Shown: positions 14,721-28,767, counted from the first letter of the stretch. The stretch: DNA of 64,000 bases from Tubiluchus corallicola (GCA_030141605.1 JAQGDQ010000010.1:1364001-1428000); one strand, 5' to 3'. The notes: a model not told the origin generated them from the letters alone. Program-made: numbers and translations.

Positions 14721-16139
14721 TCCTTGGGCTCAGTTGCTCATTTTAGAGACTATTCTGGATAATGAGCCAGGTACCGGTATCGCCACACAACATCACCGTT
14801 ACCACTGATTACCGAATTCCAGCTTCCAAAGGGTCGAATTTGGTTTGGACTGCCTTGAAGAAATAGTGCAAAACATTGATAACAAACATACCGACATATG
14901 CAAGTCAGATGTATTGAAGACAGAAGGCTACTTTCATTTTATGTGGTACACTGGCTAATGTTGGACAATGAGATTTAGGTTTTTGGTAAAGTCTGATGCT
15001 CATCGTAGGCCTATTACTGAAATGAATTACTGAGTTCGTTGTCTAACATTAGTCAGTGTACTACATTAGCCCATCTTACCGTATATAATAGGGGTAATTA
15101 ATGTTATCTTGAATCCAATCATGTATTTTGTGCTCACTGTTACTAAGTGATAAGTAATGAGATTTTCTGGCGTCTCGAAAAGAAAATCAGTGTTATTCAA
15201 GCTTAATGAAAAATATTCTGCCGAAGCCAAATGTCTTGATGTTTGTGTAAAACAGCATTTACTTATTACCTGCCATTAGTAAATGAAGCCCCATTAGGCA
15301 TATGTATTATATCTAATCACAGCACACGTTTTGTTTGATATCTTCTGGATTAAATTTAAATTTGTTGAGAAAATAAGGTACAAATAATGATAAACATATA
15401 CATGTATTAGTTACCAAAGCCTTAATTCGCAAGCTGTTATGAGTGGAAAAGCTTTTAGTGACTAATGATAATTTGTCTGGGAAAGCAGTTATTTGTCGTG
15501 AAAGCTTAATTAAATTAGTATAAGCTATATATATCACCAGCTAGAATAATGCAGTTTGCTTGAGATGCTTCGACAGGAACTGTTTTCATCAGATGTTTGC
15601 TGAAATAAATCAAATTTGCAGCCAGGCGAAAGGTAATAACACTTTAAACTTTGTCATTATCAAGTTAAGTTAAAGAAACTCAACAGCTGGTTTTATTTTT
15701 TAAAGAAACCTAAACTGAGCTAGATCAAATGAAGTAGATTGATATTTCTATAGTAGGCCCGGAAAACATCCAAATGCGAAGGGAGCTCATTCTGACCCAG
15801 AAACAAGCACAGTTTTCGATTCTTAAACAATTATTTTGGAATGGACCTGGTTTAGTTTTCATTGCCATTCCTAAAGTGAAGGGAATGTAACAACGTGCCC
15901 ACTAAAATCAAACATTTCAAAATCAAAATATCAATTATCACAGTATATCAACATGCTGGCAAGTTAATATAACATGGTTTGCAGAAAGTTTTTGACAACC
16001 TTTCGTTTTTGTTTTAGTAATTCTTGTTGCATTTTTTTATTGATGGTGAAATGTTAAAATAACAACGCTATTCAAAACAAATGCGTCCACTGCATCCTAA
16101 AAACAACTAAAGTGCAAAACTAAGGCCTAATTATATACA

Positions 16140-16735
16140 ATAAATGGACATATTTACAAACACCATATTAAAATATTTTTAGAAAACAATATTACAAAAG
16201 TACATTAAATTTTACATGACATATTTTACACTATATATATACATTTGACATGACATAATTAACAGAAACAAGCTTTACATTACACAAATTTCACTCATTA
16301 CATTTACACTATTTATACATTTGACATTAAAAAACTAACATAACACGTATTACATTACATAAGTTTTTTTAAATTTTACATTCTTAATCGTTTTATGGAG
16401 TCAGGGGTGTGGTAGACGAAAGCTGAGTCTGTGTAATTAGTATCACATGTATAATCTGGAAGTTGAAACCTGTTATATTGATATTCTTTTAATTTCATTT
16501 TAAAGTGGTGGAGATATTCTATTTGTTTTATTTCACTGGGTAGTAAGTTCCATAAATGTATAGCTTGTTTTGATATAGAATTACTTTAAAATTTATTGTT
16601 TACTGTAATTTGCTTTAGATTGTGTGTTCTATTGTTTAAAGTGGTATCAGGAATGAATGATAAAGGATTGTTTATAAACGGAATGCTCAGTTTATTGATA
16701 TATTTACAAAGAAATATCACATATTTGGTATATCA
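16140..16735 (-). mobile_element. 3' end of an L2/CR1-group LINE (ORF2 C-terminus plus 3'UTR)
   Basis: Minus strand reads SISKQAIHLWNLLPSEIKQIEYLHHFKMKLKEY, the canonical WNxLP...FKxxLK C-terminal motif, followed by a TG-rich 3'UTR. Confidence 0.75.
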
Positions 16736-17419
16736 CATGTTCAAGTGGCTTGCAAATAGTACTACATGATGATATTAGTATTATTATTAGAATACCAATT
16801 AGTAAAATTATTATAATAGTAGCAAGTTTCACAAAAGCAAGTTGCTTTTGACAGGCGTCAATATTCATTCTTAATTAATCAACTGATCGTATTAATTTCT
16901 TCTCGGTGCGAAGCCTGAAAAGATGTGAACTGCGCATGTCGATGACTATTAGCTGCAACAAGGTACACATACAAACTAATTAGAAACACGCAATGTTCAT
17001 TATGCGAAATTTGGCATGTATGCAGCTGCGCAATCAACTTTTTTGTACACACTTTTGCATATCTGGGTGTGAGTCTTTGCCACCATGCACTGCCACATTG
17101 CATAACTCCTACCACTGTTATACAAGACTGTAAGCTGCGCCCTCACTTTTCTAGGCTGTTAAAATACCTTAATTGGCAACTTGCTTAAAATGTTGTTGAG
17201 CGTACGTACAGGCTTAGAACAAACTCTGTGCATTGCTACTAATTTACTAGTGATGTGATAATCTAGAAGATAGGGAGTGCTCTAATTAGAGTCAAAAGAT
17301 AAAGTTATGTAAAATATAAAGTTATTTTAGATCTCAACTCGTCGCAAAGACGACTTCGTACTTTATAGACGGAGCAGAAATGTATGTAGCTCTTTACAGT
17401 AGTAATGCACATTCTCTAA

Positions 17420-20400
17420 CTCCCCGTTTGTTAGTTTTCTTATTTTTTGTTCTGCGTTATTTGGTGTAGCAGTTTTCGGGGTAACAGACTAACTGAGCTG
17501 TCATTTTGTTACATCTATGACAGTTTTTAACTGATTCTGTGTACACTTTTCTGAATGTTTCAATAAAGGCGAACATGTGACGCTTTTATGTTCAATTTAA
17601 AAATAACATTGTTGCTATTTATGTTGCTAATTAGTGCTGTCTGTGTTTCATATAATGTACTCACTAATTATGAAATGTGTTCAAGTTATAAGCCTATCGT
17701 TAACATTAGCCTATTGGCTATTAGTCTAACTGGCATAATTTACGTTACTCTTTCTAAGTCACACAATAGTAAATTATTTATGGTACTCATAAGTCTAAGC
17801 TTATTAACTTCATATATTTTACTAGTGGACCTATGTTGCCTTAATCCCGATGCTTTATAGCCTTGACTTAATAAGTACTATAATACAGATCTTGATTTTT
17901 ATTCTGAAATTTTCATATGTCTGAAAGCAAAATGTAATTCCCATAAAATTTTATTTATTGCTTCAATATGCAACTTACAGCGGTACAATGGCAGCACTAA
18001 CTTACCTGTAATAATTAATAATTATTATAGTTTTAAACATAAAAATCGGCCCAATTTTAATTATTTAAACTTTAATTTTAATATTAAGGCACTCGTAAAA
18101 AATGTTTTTAACTCTGTGTACTTCCTGAAAAAGCAAATGCGTGCAGTGCTGGATTGCTGCTGGTGCAAAATTTGCTTAAATTTCTCTAAAGTTCTCAACC
18201 TGGCGTTCAAATTAATTATTTTAAGTATATTGCTCATAATAGGTTGTATAGAAACAATCCTTGGGCCAGTTAACAACAATATCAACAGCAACAATACACG
18301 CAACAATAACAATTTATCTCTAGAATTAAATAATTTTATTAATAAATTCAAGAAAAACATAAAATTTCTTAATATTAATATTCAAGGTTTACCAAAAAAA
18401 AACACTGGCTACTCAAAGATACTGTCCGAATACTCAAATATGTCCGATACTGACTACTGAAAGATGCGCATCCGAAAACTAGAAATTGGTATCACCGAAA
18501 CTTGGTTGAACAAAAAAATATCAAACAAATCTTTACAATTACCTAAGCACATTTTAATGCGACAAGACAGATGCAATTCGAAAAAAGGAGCAGGAGTAGC
18601 AATTTACATCCCAGCACATTTCAAAGCAACTAAAATCGAAACTTTGTGGTGCAACATAGAAGATTACCTAGTTGGAATTATTTGCCGGCCCCCAAATCAA
18701 AAATATAAAACGTTCTTAAAACATTTTTCAATCGCACTTGAGTGAGTTGTTTTCGAAAACAAGCATATCCTTATAATGGGAGATTTTAACATTGACATTA
18801 GTAATACCGAAAGTCCTGAATGTAAACAATACATTGAACTATTAATCTAACCATCTAAATGCAATAAACGAGAAAAAGACAAGAACATCTAAAACATCAT
18901 CTAGATTAATTGACCACGTTATCTCAGATGACAATACAAAATTTGTGTCCCACGAGAGCTGTTCTTGTGATTATTCTGATCATAATTTTGTTTTTACAGC
19001 GGATCAAAAATTCCCCTCGTCGAACCCTGACTCAAACCCATCATACAAACTTATAAGAGATTATAAACAATTCAATAAGATTTAGCCAAAATGAGTTGGA
19101 AAGAAATCTATTACATATCGATGCCCAAGTTAAACTTATTACCAATAATATTGAATATTGTCTTAATTTGCACGCCCCTCATAAACGTATAAAAACTTTG
19201 CTCAACCTGAACGTAAGCGAAATACTAAAAGCCCTTGGACTACTCCAGAACTGAATTCACTAAGAACAACGAAACAATACCTAAATAAATTGTGGACAAC
19301 TACCAAATCTAAATATAACTAGTTGACAATGCTTCTGACGTGGTCAGAAACTGACGATTTTGCAACAGTAGTTATAAAATTGAGCCTTAAAAATGAAGAC
19401 GACAGTTTTTCTCGAAAGTGCTTATTTTCTTTTATTGAATTCACCTTGCTTGAATACATGGGAAGTGCATTTCACAATGAAACCTCAGCATTTAACTGTT
19501 CAGCCCATCACCCACAGGTTAACGGTCAACCAATCTTGGCACAACTCATATCATTCAGTTTGTCTCGTTGAGACCTTTCGTTTGATATGCTACAAGATAG
19601 TTCCGGTCGAATGGAAGGCTTTTGTCTCCTCGACTCCTGCTTTGCCCCTAATTCGGTCACAGGTTAGAGATTCAAACTGTAACCTATACAATTCGATTCG
19701 CCAGGGCCTTCTGTTTGATATGCTACATGTACTAATCGTGGACACTATGCATTTCTGTTCCTGACACCCATTTTCGGTTTTAGCTCCCTACCAGGGTCAG
19801 AGCTCAACCAGTCGCGGCATAATTTATACCATTCGGTTTGTCTCATTGAGACCTTTCATTTGATATGCTACAAGGTACCATTGCTCAGCACTAGGCGCAC
19901 TTCTGTTCCCGACCCCCATTTTTCGGTTTTTGTCCCCTAGCGGAAAATTTTGTTACACGTGCACGTACCTTATTTTGAGATGTGCAAGGCCTCGACACCA
20001 TCTAGCAACACACTAAATATTGTGACCCTAGCTCAAAAACTGTGGGGTATAAGGGTCATAAACAAAAATAAATGAAACCCGCCTACTATGTGACCTTTGA
20101 CCCGACAACTCCTGTCACATGTATTCACAGATAACTTTGCCCAGAGAGTGTACCCTGTGATCTTTGTGTCCGTAGCCCTCAGTATGTGAAAGGTCACCAA
20201 TTGGGGGACCCATATTTTGCATTTTGGTCCCTCCCTCGAGCGTTTAAAGCTCGTCAGCTTTTTAAAACCCCAGGTCATCTGCCCCACAGTGCCTAAATAC
20301 TTGTGAAAAAAATTGGAAAAAAACGAAAGCCCTAGGAGGAGATGCATCGTAAAGGAAAAACTGACCGACGCCCACTGCCCTTCCCCCTTGACCAATAGTC

Positions 20401-21505
20401 AGTGGTCACCACACTGTTGTACGTCCTCCGCTAGGGCTACCAATCCTATGAGTTTGGTGAGCCTAGCTTGCAAGGCTTACAAGTTATTAAGCGTTAAAGT
20501 GGCGGAGAATAAATAAGAATAAAGATAAATAACAGTAAGATTTTGTTATAGCAAAATCTTAATTATAATAACTATAAAAAAGCGTAAAATTCATTTAAAT
20601 ATCTAAACAAATCTTTAAAAAACAAATATATTCAGCAACAGTGTAATAATGCTACCGCTTCTAAAGATAAACAGGAAATAATTAATAAAGTCATTAAAGA
20701 TATAAAAACAAGGAAACCCATATCACGGAACTTGAGAACTGACAACAAAATGATAAAGAAAACTAAAGATATTGCAAATGTCCTTAATGTTACTTTCATT
20801 AATTTAGGAAATTTCTGCTGGCCATCTAATCATAACAATAACTGCAGTAACGTAATTTCGAAATTGAAAATGAACTTAAATACAAAACACAACTTTTTCG
20901 TTTTCCGCCATTGCCACAAATTAAATATTTAAAAGCTTAATTCAACTAGACATTGACAAAGATAGTGGCCCATCTGAAATACCCTTGAAGGTATTAAAGG
21001 ACAGCGCCAATATAATAGCACCTCATGTTGCCTACATTACAAACCAAATGATCATGCCCAGTGAATTCCCCAGTGTCTGTAAACTAGCCAATGCAACACC
21101 AGTCCACTTAAGATTCATTAACCGACCATGTTAATTACCGGCCTATATCCGTTGTTCATTGTTTTGGAAAAACTCTGGAAAAAGTACTAAATGGACAAAT
21201 GAATTCATATATAAACACTAACAATTTACTTAGTAAACTTCAATTTGGTTTTAGACGAAAACACTACTACTGATGCCATCATACATGCAACTGAAAACTA
21301 GAGATCAAATTTAAATGAAAATAAATATGTTGTAGCCGCATTTTTCGACTTAAGTAAAGCCTTAGATAGCCTAGACCACAACCTTTTGAAAGACAATTTA
21401 TAATCATTAGGATATGTTGCAACTTTATTAAAACTCATTAAAAGTTACTTAAGAAACAGAAAACAGAGAGTTAAATTATCGACAAATATAGTGTCAGAAT
21501 GACTA
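17420..21505 (+). mobile_element. Decayed L2/CR1-group (Crack/Daphne-like) LINE, 3'-truncated, interrupted by a 1.25-kb insertion
   Basis: APE motifs FLNINIQGL, IGITETWL, RQDR..KKGAGVAIYI, ICRPP, ILIMGDFNID, LIDHVI, SDHN (18360-18990). RT motifs GPSEIP, NYRPISV, QFGFR, AAFFDLSKALDSLDH (20960-21500). Many stops and frameshifts. 5' boundary inferred. Confidence 0.9.
19317..20566 (+). mobile_element. Non-autonomous Helentron/HINE-like element, copy 2, nested in the LINE
   Basis: Starts aactagttgac and ends in hairpin taagattttg-ttatag-caaaatctta (20536-20561). Has internal ~140-bp tandem units and is homologous to 1030-1775. LINE coding sequence rejoins across it (…accaaatctaaatataact|ataaaaaagcg…). 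Confidence 0.7.
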
Positions 21506-21814
21506 ATGGGATAACTGGCTACATGCATCTGCGTCTGTCCACAGGATACCATGGATACAAAAAGACATGGAAAAACATATTAATTTTTGCCGGGGAGTTT
21601 TACTCTATATTATGAACAAGGTACTACGAGTCAGATTCACCCAGGATAACAATTCGATTTTTGAAACTGTAAAATGGATTAAGCATCACAATTTAGACAT
21701 CAGTATTCCTGCAAGGTCGAACGGTCAATTTGCAAAAATAGGGTATAACTTTAGCAGCTGAATAATTTCGGGCACGATATTACAAAATGCATAGCACAAG
21801 AAGCAAACTAAGTA

Positions 21815-21940
21815 ACAAAACAACAACATCAACAATAACAACAACATCACGACAACACAGCAAAGACAATGACAACGATGATGGTAACGTAAACGATAAC
21901 GACAACAACTATAACAACAACAGGAACAGCAGCAGCAGCA
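21815..21940. repeat. Degenerate (AAC/GAC/AGC)n trinucleotide repeat
   Basis: Directly visible. Confidence 0.85.
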
Positions 21941-24639
21941 CTTTCAGTTACGTGTGTCTGCATGTGTTTATGTATGTCTCCATCGATCTTTAATCCGAGC
22001 ATACCATTTCATTGCATGCATTTTACGAAAAATATTACCTTATGAATTTATATGAGGTCTATATTAAAGCTCTTGAATATTTCGCAAGGAGAATTGATTC
22101 CAGGCAACATTTTGCATGCAGCACGCACTAATTCCACTAGAAATATGATCGAAATTTCGCGAAGAGGTATGTGAGAAAATTTACAACGCGAAACTGCGAA
22201 TTGCAAAAGCCACAAGATGAAGGAAAGGCAAATAGGTAAATGAGTTGAAGAGGTAGGCACATTCAATGGATTCCTCGGCTTTTGCGACCTTTTTTGCCCT
22301 GTTCAGGGCTGCGCAATATGGTACTTTCACTACAAATTGTGCTCACTTTGAGGGCATTGGGTCTAAATTTGTTCATAACTTATCTAAGCCGAGTTTCAAT
22401 AAATCTTTTGTTCAGATCCTCACAACCATCGCTACAGGAATGCCCCGTGCAAGAATCTATTACATTACTGCGTGTTATTGCTTATGGACTGCCAGAGACT
22501 GGCTGCCTATGCAATAAAACGCTGTCCGCCATTTCTAGCTACCAAAATGTGATTAGATGAGCGGTCGGTCGTTCATGTAACTCTTCTAAATTCTACAGAA
22601 TCAGTTTTTATCAAGAAATGAGCTCGAACAAATTATTCGTTTCACAAAAGCAAGAAATGGCAAACTAGGCTATTTTGGGGCGTTTGAAGATATAATTTGA
22701 ACGTTTTACAATTCTTATAAGATTAAAACTTTAACCCTTATATTATAAAAGAAACTGCAAAAATTCAAGTACGGAGACCAATAGTTTTAGACCTCTAATA
22801 CTTTTCTTGCATTTCGGTAAATTAGCTGAGCGATTAAAGAGCAACCGCTTAAACGAATTCTTGAACAGTAGTGGGTTAACTGACAAGGTGCAAGAAGATT
22901 TTAAAACCAATCATAATACAGGTCATTATCTCGTTCGCTTAGTTCCTTTTTGTTGTATAAATACTAAATAGAATTTGTTGTATCAAATACTAATAGCATC
23001 TAGTATTTTCAAAGAGCTTCTGGCAGTAAATGGTTAGATGAGCTAATTTGTAAATTCCATGGTGCCGAAATAAAAGACAGAACAAAAAAGCCCGTATTTC
23101 ATTAAAATTATTCTCTACGCCCATCGCTGACTTAGTTAAACACAATGTTGTGGTTGTACGACAAAGAGCGAGCGTTAATCACAAACATCTTGTTCGTCAC
23201 TTTCCGGCAGAAACTGGAGAATATTTGAGATTCAAATACGATTACAGGTTACGTAACGTGGGTTTAAACGCACTTTTCAAGTATTCAAAACGAAACATAT
23301 TGACCAATTTTTGATAGCTGTTGTACAAATAGATACACCGTTATCAATGCCAGCACTTGACCGTAAACTATGATAAAGTTTTTAGATTGCCTTTGTTCTT
23401 GCCGACAAAGGGTAGATCAATTGAAATTTTGGCAGTCAGCGATTTGCTTGGCCAGCGATACTTTCGAGAATTTTTGTAGAGAATAGATATTTTCCAATTA
23501 ATAACTGCCATTGTCTGGAGGACACGCAATCTGACGAACATTTTCATTACAAATCAGTAAACAGCAATAAAAGACAGCAGTTCATTAAAGCATTTGAAAA
23601 CGTAGCTCACTTGACACTAGTAAAATATTTATAAGTCGACATGTAAATTTATTAACTTCATTTCTGTAGGTTTTTCCTTATTATGCAAATTTTGATTTGT
23701 AATGATAAATCTAAGGAATTCAATTATGTAACTTTTATTAAATTTTATTTTATAATTAGATGCAAAGTCTGTTAATTAGTTGCCGTAACTTTGTGACGTA
23801 ATTTTAGATCAACAAATTGTTCTACCCTTTAAATCCAGTTTGGACGTTCTTACCTGCAAATAGAGGGACCCGATTTCACAATTAGTTCTATGTAAATATA
23901 TTTTACAAAAATAAAGAACTATTCTTATGATGCTTTATAAGGGCTGCCTAATCCGGCCTTAACGTATATCATACTATTCTGTGTTCTGTACTTCATCGCC
24001 TGTAAATCAAATTTAACTTGCAGTGGAATAATTTCTAATTAAATGTATTGGCGTAAGTTTCATTAGGTTCCCTCGTCCTGACATTAAGATAAAAATTATT
24101 GCTGATGCCTTGCATACAGCGATGTTATATGTTTAGTTAACTGAAAATAAATTTTGTGACGCTTGTTTATAATAAATGAATCTAAGCTTGTAGTTAACCA
24201 TAATTTGTCAACAAAAAGCAGCTTCTGGGTGCACAGAAATATACAAATTCGTCCATTTTAGGGCTCCTCACACACATACTTTCTACTAATATAAAGTTAT
24301 TTAGCTTAGCTGTGCGGTAAATACTTCTAATTAAGGTAATCGTGATAGAAAGATACTTTCTTTCATTCATATAGACGTTAGACAATGCTTTCTACTGGAC
24401 GGACTAGAAGTTAAATTAGCTTTGTTTCACCTTAGAGTAGGCTTATTTGCTTATTAATCTGAAGTAAATTAATACCAAAAACGTATCAGGTTAAATAGTA
24501 ATTACTTAAAATCCTCATATTAGAAAAGGGGAGGTCGTGACAGTGGAAATGCCGACGAGTATGATGCTGTTATCGTTATTGGCACTTGCCAGCGTTGCTG
24601 CCACGACTGACAAAGTTGATGCTGACTACGTCTGTTGCT

Positions 24640-24718
24640 AATAATGATTGTGATGATAATGATGATGATGGTAGTGATGACGATAATCACGATGATCAGG
24701 ATGAACACGACGACGGTG
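24640..24718. repeat. Degenerate (GAT)n repeat
   Basis: Directly visible. Confidence 0.85.
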
Positions 24719-26824
24719 AAAGTTTGCAAAGGTATAACGGGCGGCCAATAAGTTTTGTGAGATGTAGACAAGTTGTGTAGACAGAAGGTGCTAGTTAAAG
24801 ACCGAAAAGTCAGAAGAACACAAATTTAAGCATATTTTTTTTAAAACGGATGAAGAAATTATCGGGTTGTGTAGAGACTAGCAGTCAATTCACCATCATG
24901 CTTCACGCAGACCTGGGAAAACGCTATTTCCTAATTTTTTTCGCATAACTTGCAAAAATTTTATAACGACATAATAAAACAGCAGACTTATGAAATGCTT
25001 GCAAACTTGCTAATTAAGCTAATTTACCTGGAACAGACAGCAATTGGTGACCGCTTGTCGTCCCACCTCAGCGAGCTTTTCTGGATGACTGAAAATACGT
25101 AAGCAAGCCTTAACAAGCCAAGTTCTCACACTGCAATGCGCTCTGAAGCCAGTGCGAGATTCATACACCGAGTTACCGAGTGCACCTACGCAGTGCTCGC
25201 CAAAGACGTTTGACACACTGAGCAGCCTAAGGCTCCGAGACCTAGAAAAGTAAGACGATACATTTTCATTATCACTTAAAACTAGCAGATATGCCCGTCT
25301 ATACTCTATAGCAACATCATTATTAGTCCTGAACGTATGGACGTATACCACCTTGAAGCCTGGCTAATGGATAGACGGAAAAGACTTAATGGATTTCGAA
25401 TTTATGATGGCCTGGGAGAGCTATAATCGCGAATTTTACTAAATCCAGTTCAAAAATGATACTAATTCCTTCCAGTTTTGACGCAAAATTAACGAAAAAC
25501 ATTCAATAACCCTCTAGCCTATACCACACTAACGTGTATGTGTTTGTATTTTTTCAAAACAATTACGTGCATTAGAACCCTTGATTGTTTTGATAACTGT
25601 CTTCTCAGCTAATACATTGCTGTGGCCGCTACAGTACCTTTAAGCTATGCGAACCAGAAATGACGCTTTGAGCAGAAGTCTTAGGTGCTACTTAAAGTGC
25701 TACACACTTTCTCACATTCCTCATCGTAAACATATTTATGACAGCTTTCAAAGTCTGACTTAGAAAGAGTGACATCTATGTGTTAAATTTATATCATACA
25801 ATGACCAAGACAACACTTTTTTTTCGTTTTTTTATTAAACAAAATAACGATGCCTTGAGCTGCACACTAGCAGTCGTCATCAGGCAATGAAGAAAAATTT
25901 AGGTAATTTTGGGCTGTTCCTAAGTTCTTATATTTGTGTTCATTACCCGATGATAACTTCTAGTGTACAGTTGCTCTTAATATTGTTACTTTTAATAACA
26001 AATGATAGCTATTCCTTGATTATTACGAGGTATTTACGTTGGCTAGAAAAGGACAAGAAAAATATTTTTAATTCATTTGAACCGATTATTATTTCGTTTA
26101 AACGATTTACTAAATTTTTGAAACAATTTGCACAGCGATATCACAAAGATTTCTTTACGCATGAATGAAATACTACATATTTAGCATTGAGTCATACCAA
26201 TGTATTTGTTTTATAGATTATAGTTAAACCAGAAAGATATTGTATTTTTAGTTGTGTTAGCAGGGTCTTCAGTAGGGATTATATGAGACAGTACGGAATG
26301 ATTAGAGATTTTCAGTTCAAAAACATATTAATTGATGCAGAAGTTTCTCTCGGCCCGAAAGGCGTTAAAAGGTAAGACGAGCCAGTCTTATTTTTTAAAA
26401 GGTTTTTCTGCTAGAATGATTGATGTGAAATGTCTATTAATCAGTTATCTATAAATAATATTAAGCTTTTACTTATCGTAATGATAAGTCAAGAATATAG
26501 CTAATCTACAGCTTTTCTGACAAATGTATTTTGTGGCGCAGGTTTATGTTGGCCGATAAAAATATTACTGGACCTACACGTGAGCGGACAATGAAGAAGC
26601 TTATATAAGTACACGACGAACAACGAAAGAATCGCTGAATTAAGTTAGGATATAAGCACCAGAAAGAAGATGTCTTTCCTTGCTTATCTGTTTTTTCCAG
26701 CATTTATTCCTTAGATAAGTGAAGATGTAATGGATAAAACTGTTCATAAAAATAAACTTCATTTTCATCTCTGTGTGATGAATTGATGATCAGTGCTAAG
26801 TAAGTGATCTGAATTAACACTTGA

Positions 26825-26826
<2 letters not shown>

Positions 26827-26864
<38 letters not shown>
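26827..26864. repeat. (AT)n microsatellite
   Basis: Directly visible. Confidence 0.95.
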
Positions 26865-26867
<3 letters not shown>

Positions 26868-28080
26868 AGCACCTGTTCCATACGACTACTACTTATAAAA
26901 ATAGGCTCCTATCGTTTCTCTGACGTTTTACTATAACGTAATGTGAACGGCAATATCGGCACCATCGCCAACATTACCATACTATTATAGTGAAACTCTA
27001 GTAAAATAACAACACTGCAGTGTTTTGTTTTAGTTTAACAATAGCTTATAATCAATTTATTTTATATAATATCAAACTCATTAGTGCAATGTTATTGGTG
27101 TGTACTGTGTGTCAGTTTTTATTTAAAATTTGTATGAAGTGTGGTTTAATACTACTCAGGTCCACATAATTTTTTATTCCTTTTGAATGCAGTAACATTT
27201 ATAATTTAATATAATGTGTTTAATCGACATAGTTTGTTTAACAATTATTTCAAAGTAAGTTTTTGGTTATTTAAGAGTTGATGGCTATCCGTTAAAGCAG
27301 CGTAGTAGAAACGAATTATTCATGACCTTAATTTCAAAATTATTATTAATGATGTAGCAAACCCACTATTGTTGAATTTTGAAACTAAATTCTCTCCAAA
27401 GACAGGAAATGTGAAAGACGGGCACAGCCTGGATTGAATCCAGATATCTCTTTCAAGCTGTGAAAAATCGGGACACAGCGTGGATTGGATCTTTACAAAA
27501 GATATTGTAGTCAGCAAGTTCTTGTAACTCCAGAAAATTGCTTCCAAATCTGAGTACGGAAATCTAGTTCCACTTCGTAGTTCAGACATTTTTCGCGGTT
27601 TAATTTTGGTCTACTATTAGGGTCTTTAAGATAACATTAATTAATTTATGTCGCGAGTGCTTTAGACTCAATCAATAAACTTAATAATTAGTCAAGTTAC
27701 AAGGCAGCTGCGTATTAAGCCAACCTGCGCTAATACAAGTGTGGTAATTATTTCGTAACCAAGAAATTTGTCACCATGTATAATTGAAGAGTGACTAAAC
27801 GAATGAGAGGAAATTGGATTTCATAATATAGGGATATCAGAACTCTGAATAGTCTTGGCTTTGATAGACGAGCAAGCAAGACAGTGTGTATTGCAGATTT
27901 GCAGCTGCAATGGAATAAATCATATAAAAGGAAGCTAAACTGTTATAACATTTTCTTCTAACTCTTGGCTTTAATCATTAGTGCTCTGCTCACATCAAAA
28001 CGTACAACGTCTGATGTCCGCGTAAATCGAGAAAGAAAGTACATATTATCAATGGGTAATTTGGTTATATGGGTAATATA

Positions 28081-28240
<160 letters not shown>

Positions 28241-28731
28241 GGTAGGTAGAAACGATACTAAGACGTAGATGGTATGGTAACATTTTTTTAAATTGTATAC
28301 GTCGTTTATTTTAGAATTAACAAATCAAAACATTTAACTGAACATTGCAGGGATTAAGTATCCTTAACTAGAAAGCGTCTAGTAAAATGAAGTGTTATTA
28401 GTAATTCTAATAGTAGCATAGTTCAGGAGCCGATTCACGTATCTTGCCTAAGTTGCCTATGAAACGCACGTACGGAAGCTTGCGTACAAGAAGCTAAAGC
28501 ACGTTTGCTCAGCGAATTCACCTACCTTAAAGTTTGGGTAAACAAATTTTGCTTTCTGTCGTTAGTACAGTGTTAGATGCGATTCACGTAATAGTCTTTA
28601 GTGAATGGCACATAAACCTTGCGTTAAGCAGGTATTTGTATGTCGTTTCGATGCTTCAGCCCCGTAGACAATCAGTTAGCGCTTGGGATCTGCTGCCGTC
28701 GGGGCGTTTGCGTTTGCGTTTGCGATGGAAA

Positions 28732-28767
28732 ATGGCTAACGTGCTTCGCAGCTTTTGCATAGCATTT
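28732..28767 (+). CDS. Candidate upstream first coding exon of the NIT-guanylate cyclase (MANVLRSFCIAF)
   Basis: ATG at 28732, donor TTT|gtaagc in phase 0, compatible with the phase-0 acceptor ttttcag|GTG at 33330. Inr-like TCAGTT at ~28672 in a CG-richer patch. No homology support. Confidence 0.25.

Noticed and set aside
19545-19960. Regularly spaced repeats resembling a CRISPR array
   Set aside because: Units are diverged ~140-bp tandem repeats inside a eukaryotic transposon, with no unique spacers and no cas genes.
26990-27300. Hydrophobic reading frame resembling the 5' region of the 17.5-kb LINE
   Set aside because: No alignable nucleotide similarity by eye, and T-rich DNA gives hydrophobic translations by default.
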